In this document: positions 40,273 through 48,950 of the stretch, one piece after another
How positions within the stretch are numbered: position 1 is the stretch's first letter
Layout: every line of letters starts with the position of its first letter
Source of the DNA: Deltaproteobacteria bacterium
Lineage (GTDB): Bacteria; Bdellovibrionota_C; UBA2361; SZUA-149; JADZAE01
Assembly (NCBI GenBank): GCA_020852715.1
Contig: JADZAE010000034.1
Coordinates: 192,965-256,964, forward strand
Direction: 5' to 3'
DNA length: 64,000 nt
Program-made: the position numbers and the translations under genes
Notes under the pieces: generated by a model
The model's input: only the letters and a program-made list of their open reading frames with translations
Told to the model about the DNA's origin: nothing
Databases searched by the model: none

Positions 40273-41109
40273 TTAACCATTAACAACATTCCCCACATAT
40301 TTCTCTGAAGCAACAGCCTCTAAAAAGCGCTGCTCTAAAGTCTTTTCTTTAGTCAGCTCAGCGAAATCACCTTCGACGACTATGCACCCCCGGGCAATAA
40401 TCAGCACACGCGAGCAGACTTCCGCCACCTCTTGCAAAATATGGGTGCTTAAAATCACCGTGTGATCACGTCCCAGGCTCTTGATCAATTGGCGTATCTC
40501 AATAATCTGCGCCGGATCCAGGCCGCTAGTTGGTTCATCGAGAATTATCACTTTGGGGTTATGTATCAGCGCCTGGGCCAAACCCACACGTTGGCGATAA
40601 CCCTTAGAGAGTTCGCCGCATAAGCGCTTGGCGCTTTGTGTTAATGCACAGCGCGTTAACATGTCATCCACCGCTTCTTTTATTTTCTTGCCACTTATGC
40701 CTTTAATGCCAGCGACAAAGCTTAGGTATTCCTCTACTGTCAGCTCCGGATAAATCGGCGGGGTTTCCGGTAAATAGCCAATTTGCTTACGCACTTCTTG
40801 GGCCTGCTTATTGATATCATAACCGCAAACTTTAGCTGTGCCGCCGCTCGGTGGAAGATAAGTGGTTAACATGCGCATGGTTGTGGTTTTGCCAGCACCA
40901 TTTGGCCCGAGCAAACCAACCACCTGCTTATCTGCAATCTTGAAGCTCACTCCGGCAACTGCTTCTAGCTCTCTGTAGCGCTTAGATAAATTAAATGTCT
41001 CAATCATAAGTCCTTGCTTCTGATGGATTTGGCACGCCGATGGAAACACTGCGGGCAATGTGCCAATAACTTTGATATGTCTGAGGTAATAAATTCCCTC
41101 AGCTTTCAT
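40273..41109 (-). CDS. ABC transporter ATP-binding protein (GldA-like). True start probably the internal Met at about 41007.
   Basis: Walker A GPNGAGKTTTMRML, signature LSKGYRQRVGLAQAL, Walker B VIILDEPTSGLD. The first 34 codons of the ORF look like read-through before MIETFNLSKRY. Confidence 0.8.
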   Translation of the reverse strand: MKAEGIYYLRHIKVIGTLPAVFPSACQIHQKQGLMIETFNLSKRYRELEAVAGVSFKIADKQVVGLLGPNGAGKTTTMRMLTTYLPPSGGTAKVCGYDINKQAQEVRKQIGYLPETPPIYPELTVEEYLSFVAGIKGISGKKIKEAVDDMLTRCALTQSAKRLCGELSKGYRQRVGLAQALIHNPKVIILDEPTSGLDPAQIIEIRQLIKSLGRDHTVILSTHILQEVAEVCSRVLIIARGCIVVEGDFAELTKEKTLEQRFLEAVASEKYVGNVVNG

Positions 41110-41370
41110 TCAATAACGCAGAATTGTTTAGACTTTGGCTATAGATCAGTCAACAATTGGGGTTAGAAACTTGGCTGATATCCACCTCAATTAAATTTAG
41201 CCACTAGATAGCTGCGCCAATGAGATTTGCCCTACGTAATACTTCTTATTGCTTAATCAAAATTTCTGTCTTGCCGATACATCCAACTCATATAGTATTC
41301 GCATCAAAAATGCAGACGTTGAGTAATACAAAGACAAGCTAAATTTAGGTTAACTTTAGGAGATTTCTTC

Positions 41371-43524
41371 ATGAGCGGACTAAATGCTATTTTCTCACCT
41401 CGGTCAGTTGCACTAGTCGGCGCTTCCACACAGCCCGGAAAAGTAGGACATGACATTTTTGCCAACATTTTGCGCGGCGGTTACACGGGGATTCTCTATC
41501 CCATTAACCCCAAAAGCAAATCCATCTTAAGCGTGAGAACTTATCCATCAATGAAAGACATTGATGATGAAGTAGATTTAGCGATTTTTGTTGTCTCTCC
41601 CGAAGTCACGCTCAAATCCATGGAAGAGGCGATTAAGAAAAAAATCAAAGGCGCTGTTATTGTATCTGCAGGATTTAAGGAAGTTGGTGGTCGGGGCGCA
41701 GAAATCGAGAAAGAAATTGTAGCAATGGCGCGCAAAGCGGGAATTCGCATCATTGGACCGAACTGCCTGGGGATCATCAACCCCAGCCCGGCAATTAGCT
41801 TAAATGCTAGCTTTTCTGCACGTATGCCGAGCCCGGGAAATATCTCATTTATTTCGCAAAGCGGCGCTCTTTGCACATCGGTATTAGACTTCGCTGCCGA
41901 AAAGAAAATCGGTTTTTCCAAGTTTGTTTCTATCGGCAACAAGGCGGACATCGACGAGCTCGATTTACTACAATATCTGCATGAAGACGAGGAAACCGAA
42001 GTAATTATGGCCTACGTCGAAGAGTTGAAGCGCGGTCCGGAATTCATTGAAGCCGTTAAGAAAATAACCGGTGGCAAAAAGCCCACACCGGTCTTAGTTA
42101 TTAAGTCCGGTCGCACGTCAGCCGGTGCCAAAGCTGCCGCCTCTCACACCGGAGCATTAGCCGGATCTGAAGAAGTTTATAATGCCATTTTTGAACAATC
42201 CGGCATTATCGCCGTTGATTCCATCGACGAGCTTTTTGATTACGCCAGTGCTTTTGCTTACAAAAACGAAAGCTCTTGCGGCAAATTCATGCGCAAAGTT
42301 CCCGAGAAAAATCGCATGGCTATCGTTACCAATGCCGGTGGTCCGGGCATTATTGCAACCGACATGACAATATCTACCGGACTGGAGCTAGCCACATTTG
42401 ACGAAGCTACAGTAGCTGAGCTGGCCAAACATTTACCGGCAACAGCTAATTTACATAACCCGGTTGACGTGATCGGAGATGCTTCTCCTGATCGCTACGA
42501 AAACGCACTGCGCGCCGTTATCAACGATAAGAATGTTGATGGCTCAATGGTTATTCTTACGCCGCAGTCAATGACCAATGTGCTAGCTATCGCAGAAGGC
42601 ATTGTAAAAATCGCCAAACAAACACATAAGCCGATTATTTGCAGTTTTATGGGCGTAGTCGACGTTTCGCGAGGAGTACAATATTTACAAGATAACGGCA
42701 TTCCTGTTTATCGTTTCCCCGAAAAAGCAGCCAAGGCGCTAAGCGCCTTGTTCCGTTACTCGACTTATATTTCCCGCGCCAAAGTAATTCCTTTTGATTT
42801 GAAATACGATCAAAATACAGCCGGCAACATCATTCGCGGCTGTCTAGAAAAGGGTATTAATTATCTGGGCGAAATCGAAGGTTTGGATGTGCTAAAATGC
42901 TATGGCTTTAACGTATTGCCCACGCAGTTAGCTACCAGCCCCGAACAGGCTGCCGAAATAGCCGAGAAAAACGGCTATCCTGTGGTAATGAAAATTGTAT
43001 CTAAGCAAATCATTCACAAGTCAGACGCCGGTGGAGTAATTTTACGTCTGGAAAATGCCGAGGACGTCAAGAAGGCTTATAACAAAATCGTGCAAAACGC
43101 TAAGAAGTTCAACGAAAGCGCCGTCATTGATGGCGTGCTTGTACAAAAGATGGCCACACCCGGAGAAGAAGTTATTCTCGGTATGAACCGTTATAAAACT
43201 TTTGGCCCCTTGATCATGTTTGGAGTCGGCGGTGTGTTTGTAGAAATCTTCAAAGACGTTTCTTTCGGTCTAGCGCCGCTAAACCGCGAAGATGCGCAGA
43301 AGATGATTCGCAAGATCAAAGGCTATAAGCTCTTCCAAGGATTTCGCGGAATGCCTGTAGCTGATATCGAAACACTGGAACGCTCCATCGTTTCGCTCTC
43401 CGATCTGGCTTTAAATCATCCGGAAATCAGCGAAATGGATATCAACCCCTTACTCGTTCACGAGAAAGGTAAAGGAGCAACAGTCGCTGATTGCCGCATT
43501 ATTTTAAGCCAAGACGAAAAGTAA
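41371..43524 (+). CDS. Acetyl-CoA synthetase (ADP-forming) / NDP-forming acyl-CoA synthetase, fused alpha-beta
   Basis: N-terminal CoA-binding AIFSPRSVALVGASTQPGKVGHDIFANIL, a succinyl-CoA-synthetase-like ligase domain, and a C-terminal ATP-grasp (VVMKIVSKQIIHKSDAGGV). 717 aa. Confidence 0.8.
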   Translation: MSGLNAIFSPRSVALVGASTQPGKVGHDIFANILRGGYTGILYPINPKSKSILSVRTYPSMKDIDDEVDLAIFVVSPEVTLKSMEEAIKKKIKGAVIVSAGFKEVGGRGAEIEKEIVAMARKAGIRIIGPNCLGIINPSPAISLNASFSARMPSPGNISFISQSGALCTSVLDFAAEKKIGFSKFVSIGNKADIDELDLLQYLHEDEETEVIMAYVEELKRGPEFIEAVKKITGGKKPTPVLVIKSGRTSAGAKAAASHTGALAGSEEVYNAIFEQSGIIAVDSIDELFDYASAFAYKNESSCGKFMRKVPEKNRMAIVTNAGGPGIIATDMTISTGLELATFDEATVAELAKHLPATANLHNPVDVIGDASPDRYENALRAVINDKNVDGSMVILTPQSMTNVLAIAEGIVKIAKQTHKPIICSFMGVVDVSRGVQYLQDNGIPVYRFPEKAAKALSALFRYSTYISRAKVIPFDLKYDQNTAGNIIRGCLEKGINYLGEIEGLDVLKCYGFNVLPTQLATSPEQAAEIAEKNGYPVVMKIVSKQIIHKSDAGGVILRLENAEDVKKAYNKIVQNAKKFNESAVIDGVLVQKMATPGEEVILGMNRYKTFGPLIMFGVGGVFVEIFKDVSFGLAPLNREDAQKMIRKIKGYKLFQGFRGMPVADIETLERSIVSLSDLALNHPEISEMDINPLLVHEKGKGATVADCRIILSQDEK

Positions 43525-43618
43525 GTTTTCACCTATTGGGAAAAAGTGATGGCGATACCATTCAGTGAACGCACCTCGCAAAGCCACTAATTTTATATCG
43601 ACTGTATTCCCCAGACTA

Positions 43619-43720
43619 TAAACCTTGTTGGCGAAGGCCGACGCTGAGTCTTATACACAAGTTCGTGAAATGTGTTACTTGAGAGGATTCCGACCCGCGA
43701 AGACCAACGATGAAATTTCC
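43619..43720. repeat. Solo IS50-OE-like end plus subterminal segment of the dispersed repeat family
   Basis: cgctgagtcttatacacaagttcgtgaaatgtgttact (TIR plus beginning of the conserved module). Followed by cgacccgcgaagaccaacgatg, which resembles cgacccccgaagtccaacaacg at 51463. Confidence 0.5.
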
Positions 43721-43738
43721 GCCTAATTTCGCCCCAAA

Positions 43739-44833
43739 CTACCAGGCGTAGGAACCCGAACGATACTCCACCCTCGCCACCTCCCCCTTAGCCTTATCGG
43801 CGGGCAAAAAAGTAACACGCGTTGGCAAGCAGGGAATTTGCAAAGAAAGGGCCCATTGGCGCCAGAAGTTATTACGTTCTGAATATTTTACGGCGGGATC
43901 ATCAATGCCCATATCGAAGTTACTGGGAAGTGCGTACGGAATAACTAAAGTCTTAGCGCCGCGGACTTTACTAACTTGGGAATAGTCAGTGGGATTATAC
44001 CAAGTGGCCTCATATTTTTTAAGATGTGGTCCCCAAGTGGCTAAAGGACGCATTTCTATTTTTGACTCACGACAAATATTCAGAGTTTTCATTTCAGGAT
44101 AGCCATCGGTATTGAGTTGAAAAATAGATTCGCTTTGTTGTTGTTCGGCCAGCGCCTCGTCCGCAGTGGTCTCCGGAGTAGTATCTCCTTGGTTAGAATA
44201 ATAAGAGCGCATAGTCATTAACGTAAGCACGTTTATTAATTGCGTCTTTTCCTCTGTGGGCTTTTCGTTCTCATCGTCATAATAGTAATCAGTGTCGGCT
44301 TGGTAATCTTCAAAAGTATAATCGCGAAAAGCCTCATCCTGCTCGGGGCTAGAACCGGTATTAGTCGTATCAAATAACGGCGTTACATTCTTCTGCTGAA
44401 TAAGAGGAGCGGCGGAGCTTGATGAGCAACCCATAGCCGTCATGCAAAATTTGTTTTTCTTTTTTGGCAGGACTTCTAACAAAGCAGTTTGTATGTCTTT
44501 TACCGGAATAGAAAGTAGGTCTTCAGGATCACAGCGCATAAAAGGAATGGGTTTGGTAAAATCTAGTTTTTCCGAGCAATTTATCGGCTTAACATCCTCA
44601 AGATCAGCGCTGATCTCATCAAGATTTAGTTCGCTTTCGTCTTTATTGGTATCTTCGCTAGCATAAGGAGAAGCTCCCGGTTTTTGTGCCTCGCTGCCAG
44701 GTTTCGAAAATAAATAATCACTGCGCACATTGTTAGTGTTTTGGGCAAAAGAAATAGGTAATGCAACACACAGCAGCAGGATGAGGACAACAATTGCATG
44801 ACTCTTTAACAATTTTGATAATTGACTATCCAT
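43739..44833 (-). CDS. Secreted acidic low-complexity protein with conserved C-terminal domain (paralogue A)
   Basis: Signal peptide. Asp/Glu/Pro/Thr-rich middle. C-terminal about 100 aa (...WYNPTDYSQVSKV...IPCLPTRVTFLPAD...) is similar to the C-terminus of ORF 47439-48512 (...YYDASDYKQVQKA...VECLPTSVEFVQAE...). Confidence 0.5.
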   Translation of the reverse strand: MDSQLSKLLKSHAIVVLILLLCVALPISFAQNTNNVRSDYLFSKPGSEAQKPGASPYASEDTNKDESELNLDEISADLEDVKPINCSEKLDFTKPIPFMRCDPEDLLSIPVKDIQTALLEVLPKKKNKFCMTAMGCSSSSAAPLIQQKNVTPLFDTTNTGSSPEQDEAFRDYTFEDYQADTDYYYDDENEKPTEEKTQLINVLTLMTMRSYYSNQGDTTPETTADEALAEQQQSESIFQLNTDGYPEMKTLNICRESKIEMRPLATWGPHLKKYEATWYNPTDYSQVSKVRGAKTLVIPYALPSNFDMGIDDPAVKYSERNNFWRQWALSLQIPCLPTRVTFLPADKAKGEVARVEYRSGSYAW

Positions 44834-44851
44834 GACATTTTTGTGGTCTAA

Positions 44852-47422
44852 TTATTGCCAACCACCTGTATTACCACCAGCATTGCCACCGCCATCTAAT
44901 CCGCCAATACTTCCCCAATTAATCATAGGTTGCCCGCCCTGCTGCTGAATAACCATATTCAGCATATCCATAAGCGGGTCATTTGGATTCTTCTTTTTAC
45001 TTGGTTGGCGGGGGGGGTTACTGTTTTTACCGCAACCGCGATCAGAACCAACAGGGCCCCAAATCGCTTCGCATTTTGCGCGATTTGCCCGGTTCACGGT
45101 TCCAACAAATGGATAAATTTGATAGGCCGAACAGGCATAAGGGAAATCTGCCGGAAAGCCTTTTCTTACAGTCCCATAAAGCTTATCTTTGGTGGGGAAC
45201 TCATCTCCTTGATCACGCCAAGGGTTAGAGCCAAAGGCATTATAGGCTTGGCAACCCCAACCTTTCTTTTTAATAGGCAGATTATCTTCGATAATTGAGC
45301 GATACTGACAAGAGCAGGCTGTTCTTCTATTCCAGAACATCAAGCGTACAGAACCCAAATGCCATGACTGCATCAGATCGGCAGGAAATTCCGCATGATT
45401 TTGCTCCCAGACCCAGGGGACATCTATACCTGAATCTTGAGATTCAGAAGATGAACTACTGGAACTGAAGCCGGAAGAAAGCTGATTATACATATAAGGT
45501 GTCGAGCTGGCGCTAGACGAACTTTGGCTACTAGACTCAAAGGTTACATCTTTGGACTTCATTTCCCCTTTGTCGCTAGGATTCATGCGAAAGCAACGAC
45601 TCACTTTAGGGTAAACCAACTGCAGTTTATCAATATACATTTTCCTAGCCGAGGGATCTTTGCCAAAAAAATCAGTAAATAGCGGTAAGCCTACATGCGG
45701 CACATAAGGAATATTATGTCGCGGCCAGTTATATTGTGTCGGATATTTCTCACGCATTTCTTGCACAAGTTCTAAAAAACGGCGCGCAGCTACAGTCGCT
45801 GAGGTTAACGGATGATGGAAACCACAAACTGTATTGGTTGGCGTCCAAAGAATAGAGCCGTGATAATAACAAAACTCACAATCCCCCTTATCCACCTTTC
45901 CCTGCCCAAATAATCCCGCTAGTGGCGATTGGGGAATGGCATTATTAAACAGCTCTTCACCGCCAACTTTACCCGAGATGTTGCCAAACAATGGATCAGG
46001 AACACCGGCCATATTAGACCAAATTTCGTGGCGACATTTTAGGCATTTATTGATCATCGGTAAAGCTGCTGCTGTTCCACCAAAATACTTTCCCTGAGCA
46101 GCCATCATTTCCTGGGTAGTGACTTCAAATTTAAAATCGCCCATTCCGGGGATACCGGAAAAGTCAGGATGCTCGCCGCGCTTATATTTGTCCTTATTTA
46201 CAAACTGCGTCATGATAGGCTGGCGCCAGAAACGAGCATATTCCGGATATTCTTCTGACCAAGCAACGGGACGAAACTTCTTTTCTAAGTCACCATTTTT
46301 AACCGGTTTATCGGGGAGCGAATCAAGAAAGCAAGGGATATTATTTTTCCAGATATAACCGTTCCACCAATAAGGCCGACTGCAGCAACCTTTACGACAT
46401 CTATAAAACCAGCAACCGTCGGCACCATGACCCGCTCGGCTTTTAGGCCAAGTATAATTAGAGGCTGTGACCTTAGGACGGTAAATATGCGCTTCGAAAG
46501 TCTGGCACTGATCAAGTGGGCTTATACCTCCGGTATGTGTTTGGCCTTTGCCTAATTTCGCCAACGGCCCTTGATAAACATCTTCAATATTCGAAGATTT
46601 ACCTTCCATATCCAAGGCACGGTTAGTTTCAGTTACATTCTTTTCATATTCCGGATAAAAGCTCGAGTCTTTACGTTTGATCAAAGACTTAGTGGATAAA
46701 TCAGGTCGATTAAAAAGCTCTATTGGTTCGGGGTTCACTGCGCTGACACCAAAGTTATTGACGTCGATTTCCCATTCCGGCCACCAATACTCCCAGATCT
46801 CTCCGGGGTTACGACGCGGCATACAGTCGTTAAATGGGTAAACGATTTTCGGCTGACAATATTCACAGTTTTGTCTTTTTAAACGTGGCTCAAAGCATTC
46901 ATGAAACATTTGCCAACCGGCACGACTGGCTTCTCTTGCCGGCGCCGCTTTAGGATTATACTGAAGGTTTGGGTTGGCTAATAATTCTTTCTGGGTTGGC
47001 TTTTTGGGTGCCTCAATATCTTTGGCTACTCCGGCAGGACCTAGAATAGCAACGGTAGAATCAGCTGACCAGTCACCTCCTGAGTATTTGATGTCGCGCC
47101 CATCGCGCCACGGATGTTCTTCAAAAGAACGCTCTTCGATGTTGCTTTTTATGTGTTTGGCCAACTCGCTGGCATCATATTGATAGCTAGGTTCCATCGC
47201 TCTACCCACAGCCTCTTTAACGCGCTGATGCATTATCGGATTATCAATAATCGCACCCGGGTTGTTAATCGTAGCACCTGGGATTGCGCCCCCGGTTGGT
47301 GCAGCTGTAGGCCCGGGATTGTTGATCGTCGGATCACCGCCAACCGTATTATCCATCCACTGTGCCCTAGCCTGACCATAACCTAGTAAAACAAATAAAA
47401 TTGCCACAATTAATTTCTTCAT
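44852..47422 (-). CDS. Large secreted Cys/Trp/Pro-rich protein of unknown function
   Basis: Signal peptide. 856 aa with about 30 Cys in clusters (CEYCQPK, CWFYRCRKGCCSRPYWWNGYIWKNNIPC, CLKCRHEIW, CEFCYYHG). Very high Trp/Tyr content. A Ser-rich tract. A C-terminal Gly/Asn-rich tail. Confidence 0.55.
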   Translation of the reverse strand: MKKLIVAILFVLLGYGQARAQWMDNTVGGDPTINNPGPTAAPTGGAIPGATINNPGAIIDNPIMHQRVKEAVGRAMEPSYQYDASELAKHIKSNIEERSFEEHPWRDGRDIKYSGGDWSADSTVAILGPAGVAKDIEAPKKPTQKELLANPNLQYNPKAAPAREASRAGWQMFHECFEPRLKRQNCEYCQPKIVYPFNDCMPRRNPGEIWEYWWPEWEIDVNNFGVSAVNPEPIELFNRPDLSTKSLIKRKDSSFYPEYEKNVTETNRALDMEGKSSNIEDVYQGPLAKLGKGQTHTGGISPLDQCQTFEAHIYRPKVTASNYTWPKSRAGHGADGCWFYRCRKGCCSRPYWWNGYIWKNNIPCFLDSLPDKPVKNGDLEKKFRPVAWSEEYPEYARFWRQPIMTQFVNKDKYKRGEHPDFSGIPGMGDFKFEVTTQEMMAAQGKYFGGTAAALPMINKCLKCRHEIWSNMAGVPDPLFGNISGKVGGEELFNNAIPQSPLAGLFGQGKVDKGDCEFCYYHGSILWTPTNTVCGFHHPLTSATVAARRFLELVQEMREKYPTQYNWPRHNIPYVPHVGLPLFTDFFGKDPSARKMYIDKLQLVYPKVSRCFRMNPSDKGEMKSKDVTFESSSQSSSSASSTPYMYNQLSSGFSSSSSSSESQDSGIDVPWVWEQNHAEFPADLMQSWHLGSVRLMFWNRRTACSCQYRSIIEDNLPIKKKGWGCQAYNAFGSNPWRDQGDEFPTKDKLYGTVRKGFPADFPYACSAYQIYPFVGTVNRANRAKCEAIWGPVGSDRGCGKNSNPPRQPSKKKNPNDPLMDMLNMVIQQQGGQPMINWGSIGGLDGGGNAGGNTGGWQ

Positions 47423-47438
47423 TGTGTAGTCCTTTTAT

Positions 47439-48512
47439 TCACTCCCAAACCTTAGCCCCGGTGCGTGTCTCTAAATAATTACCATCTTCAGCCTGCACAA
47501 ACTCCACACTAGTTGGTAAGCATTCAACGCCGGAAATCACTGCAAACTCCGACCAAAAATCGTAGTTATTAGGGTTAGCATAGTCATAATCCACAGCCTT
47601 AGGATTATAGGCCACCACATGTTTCTTGGAATTTTTTGCCTTTTGCACCTGTTTATAATCGCTAGCATCGTAATAAACGGAGTTATAAAGCTGCACGCCT
47701 AAAGACAGACTGCCTAGAGGATCTCGCTTAACTGTCGAAGCAGCACATGGCGGTAAAGAATAATCCGGCTCATACTTGGGCGTTTTCTCCGTGTTTTCGT
47801 CTTCCTTGCTATCGCTATCTTCGTCCTCGTCATCATCTTCTTCAGTCTGCTCTAACCAGCCGCGCGAAGCAGTGGCCGTAGGCGCTTGCACTGGTTGTCT
47901 AACAGTTGTAGTTGTCGCTGATGGCTGTCTTGTTAAGTTACTCCAATCATTCGCGCCTTTCTTATTGCCACCATCATCAGCCACTGCTGGTGGCGTTTTT
48001 TCTGTATTTTGCGTGCCTTGATTAGCATTCCCCCAAAGACGATTATCTGATCTGGGTTCAGTTTTTACCGCCGGCTGCGTAGTTACGTTGTCGCGTGGAG
48101 CAAATACATCTCTGCCGGGCAATGGCTGCATTGCTGGTCTTTGCGGCTGAGTGACTACCGGTGGCGGAGTTTGTTTATCGTTCTCTGCTGCTGGAGCATT
48201 GTTATTCATAAGGTTATCAAGATAATTTCTCATATCGCCGGGAAGGGGCTTAGCTGTCGGGACAGTATTTACAGTCGGAGCCGGCGGAGCAATAGGCAAA
48301 GCTCTGCTTGGAGCTTGTTGCGCTGCGCGATTGGCATTTTTAATGATATCATCAACAGAAGAAGACGGTTTAGAAGGTTGAGTTCTTGGTGACGGTTCAG
48401 GACCGAATGCAGACTCTCCATAAGCCGTGAAATTAACAGCCAGCAAAGCTAGTGATGCTACCGTCAATAAAAGAAGCAGATAGGAAAATTTAACTCGACC
48501 GTTCATCAACAA
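47439..48512 (-). CDS. Secreted Pro/Thr/acidic low-complexity protein with conserved C-terminal domain (paralogue B)
   Basis: Signal peptide. Pro/Thr/Gln-rich region and a DDDEDEDSDSKEDE acidic block. The C-terminal domain is shared with ORF 43739-44833. Confidence 0.5.
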   Translation of the reverse strand: MLMNGRVKFSYLLLLLTVASLALLAVNFTAYGESAFGPEPSPRTQPSKPSSSVDDIIKNANRAAQQAPSRALPIAPPAPTVNTVPTAKPLPGDMRNYLDNLMNNNAPAAENDKQTPPPVVTQPQRPAMQPLPGRDVFAPRDNVTTQPAVKTEPRSDNRLWGNANQGTQNTEKTPPAVADDGGNKKGANDWSNLTRQPSATTTTVRQPVQAPTATASRGWLEQTEEDDDEDEDSDSKEDENTEKTPKYEPDYSLPPCAASTVKRDPLGSLSLGVQLYNSVYYDASDYKQVQKAKNSKKHVVAYNPKAVDYDYANPNNYDFWSEFAVISGVECLPTSVEFVQAEDGNYLETRTGAKVWE

Positions 48513-48777
48513 AATTTTTGCACAACCCGTTAATTAGATCTAACAACAAACAACCGAAAGGACCCTCAATGATATTGTGATAACATTAAGAAATAATTGT
48601 GCATTTATTATTTTATCAGCAATAAACTACCCATATGCCCAAGATGAAAAACAACCAGCACTAAATTACCCCACACATACTCACTCTTTTGCTCTAACAC
48701 CCACAATCTGAAAAGCATTATTTATCTTTTTATTGCTTAAACCTTTATAACCCCCTTGCCAGACAAAGAAAACTTCA

Positions 48778-48819
48778 CTTTTCCCTAGCACCCCCCACCT
48801 TTTCCCTAGCACCCCCCAC
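48778..48819. repeat. Tandem direct repeat 2 x 21 bp (cttttccctagcaccccccac)
   Basis: Exact duplication read directly, in the AT-rich region upstream of minus-strand gene 47439-48512. Confidence 0.8.
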
Positions 48820-48950
48820 TATTTTTTTCTGATGCCCATAATGTTCTTAGGGAACTGCGCAAAATCGAAAAATATGGCTCCAATAAAATACTAAGCTCTT
48901 ATAGCGAAAGGGTTTTTATTGGTTTTGATTGGTGCCCTGCACCAGCGAAA

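Noticed and set aside
40273-41109. Full 278-aa ORF as the ABC ATPase
   Set aside because: The first 34 codons have no similarity to ABC ATPases and the canonical N-terminus begins at the internal Met (MIETFNLSKRY). The ORF coordinates are kept but the true start is likely about 41007.
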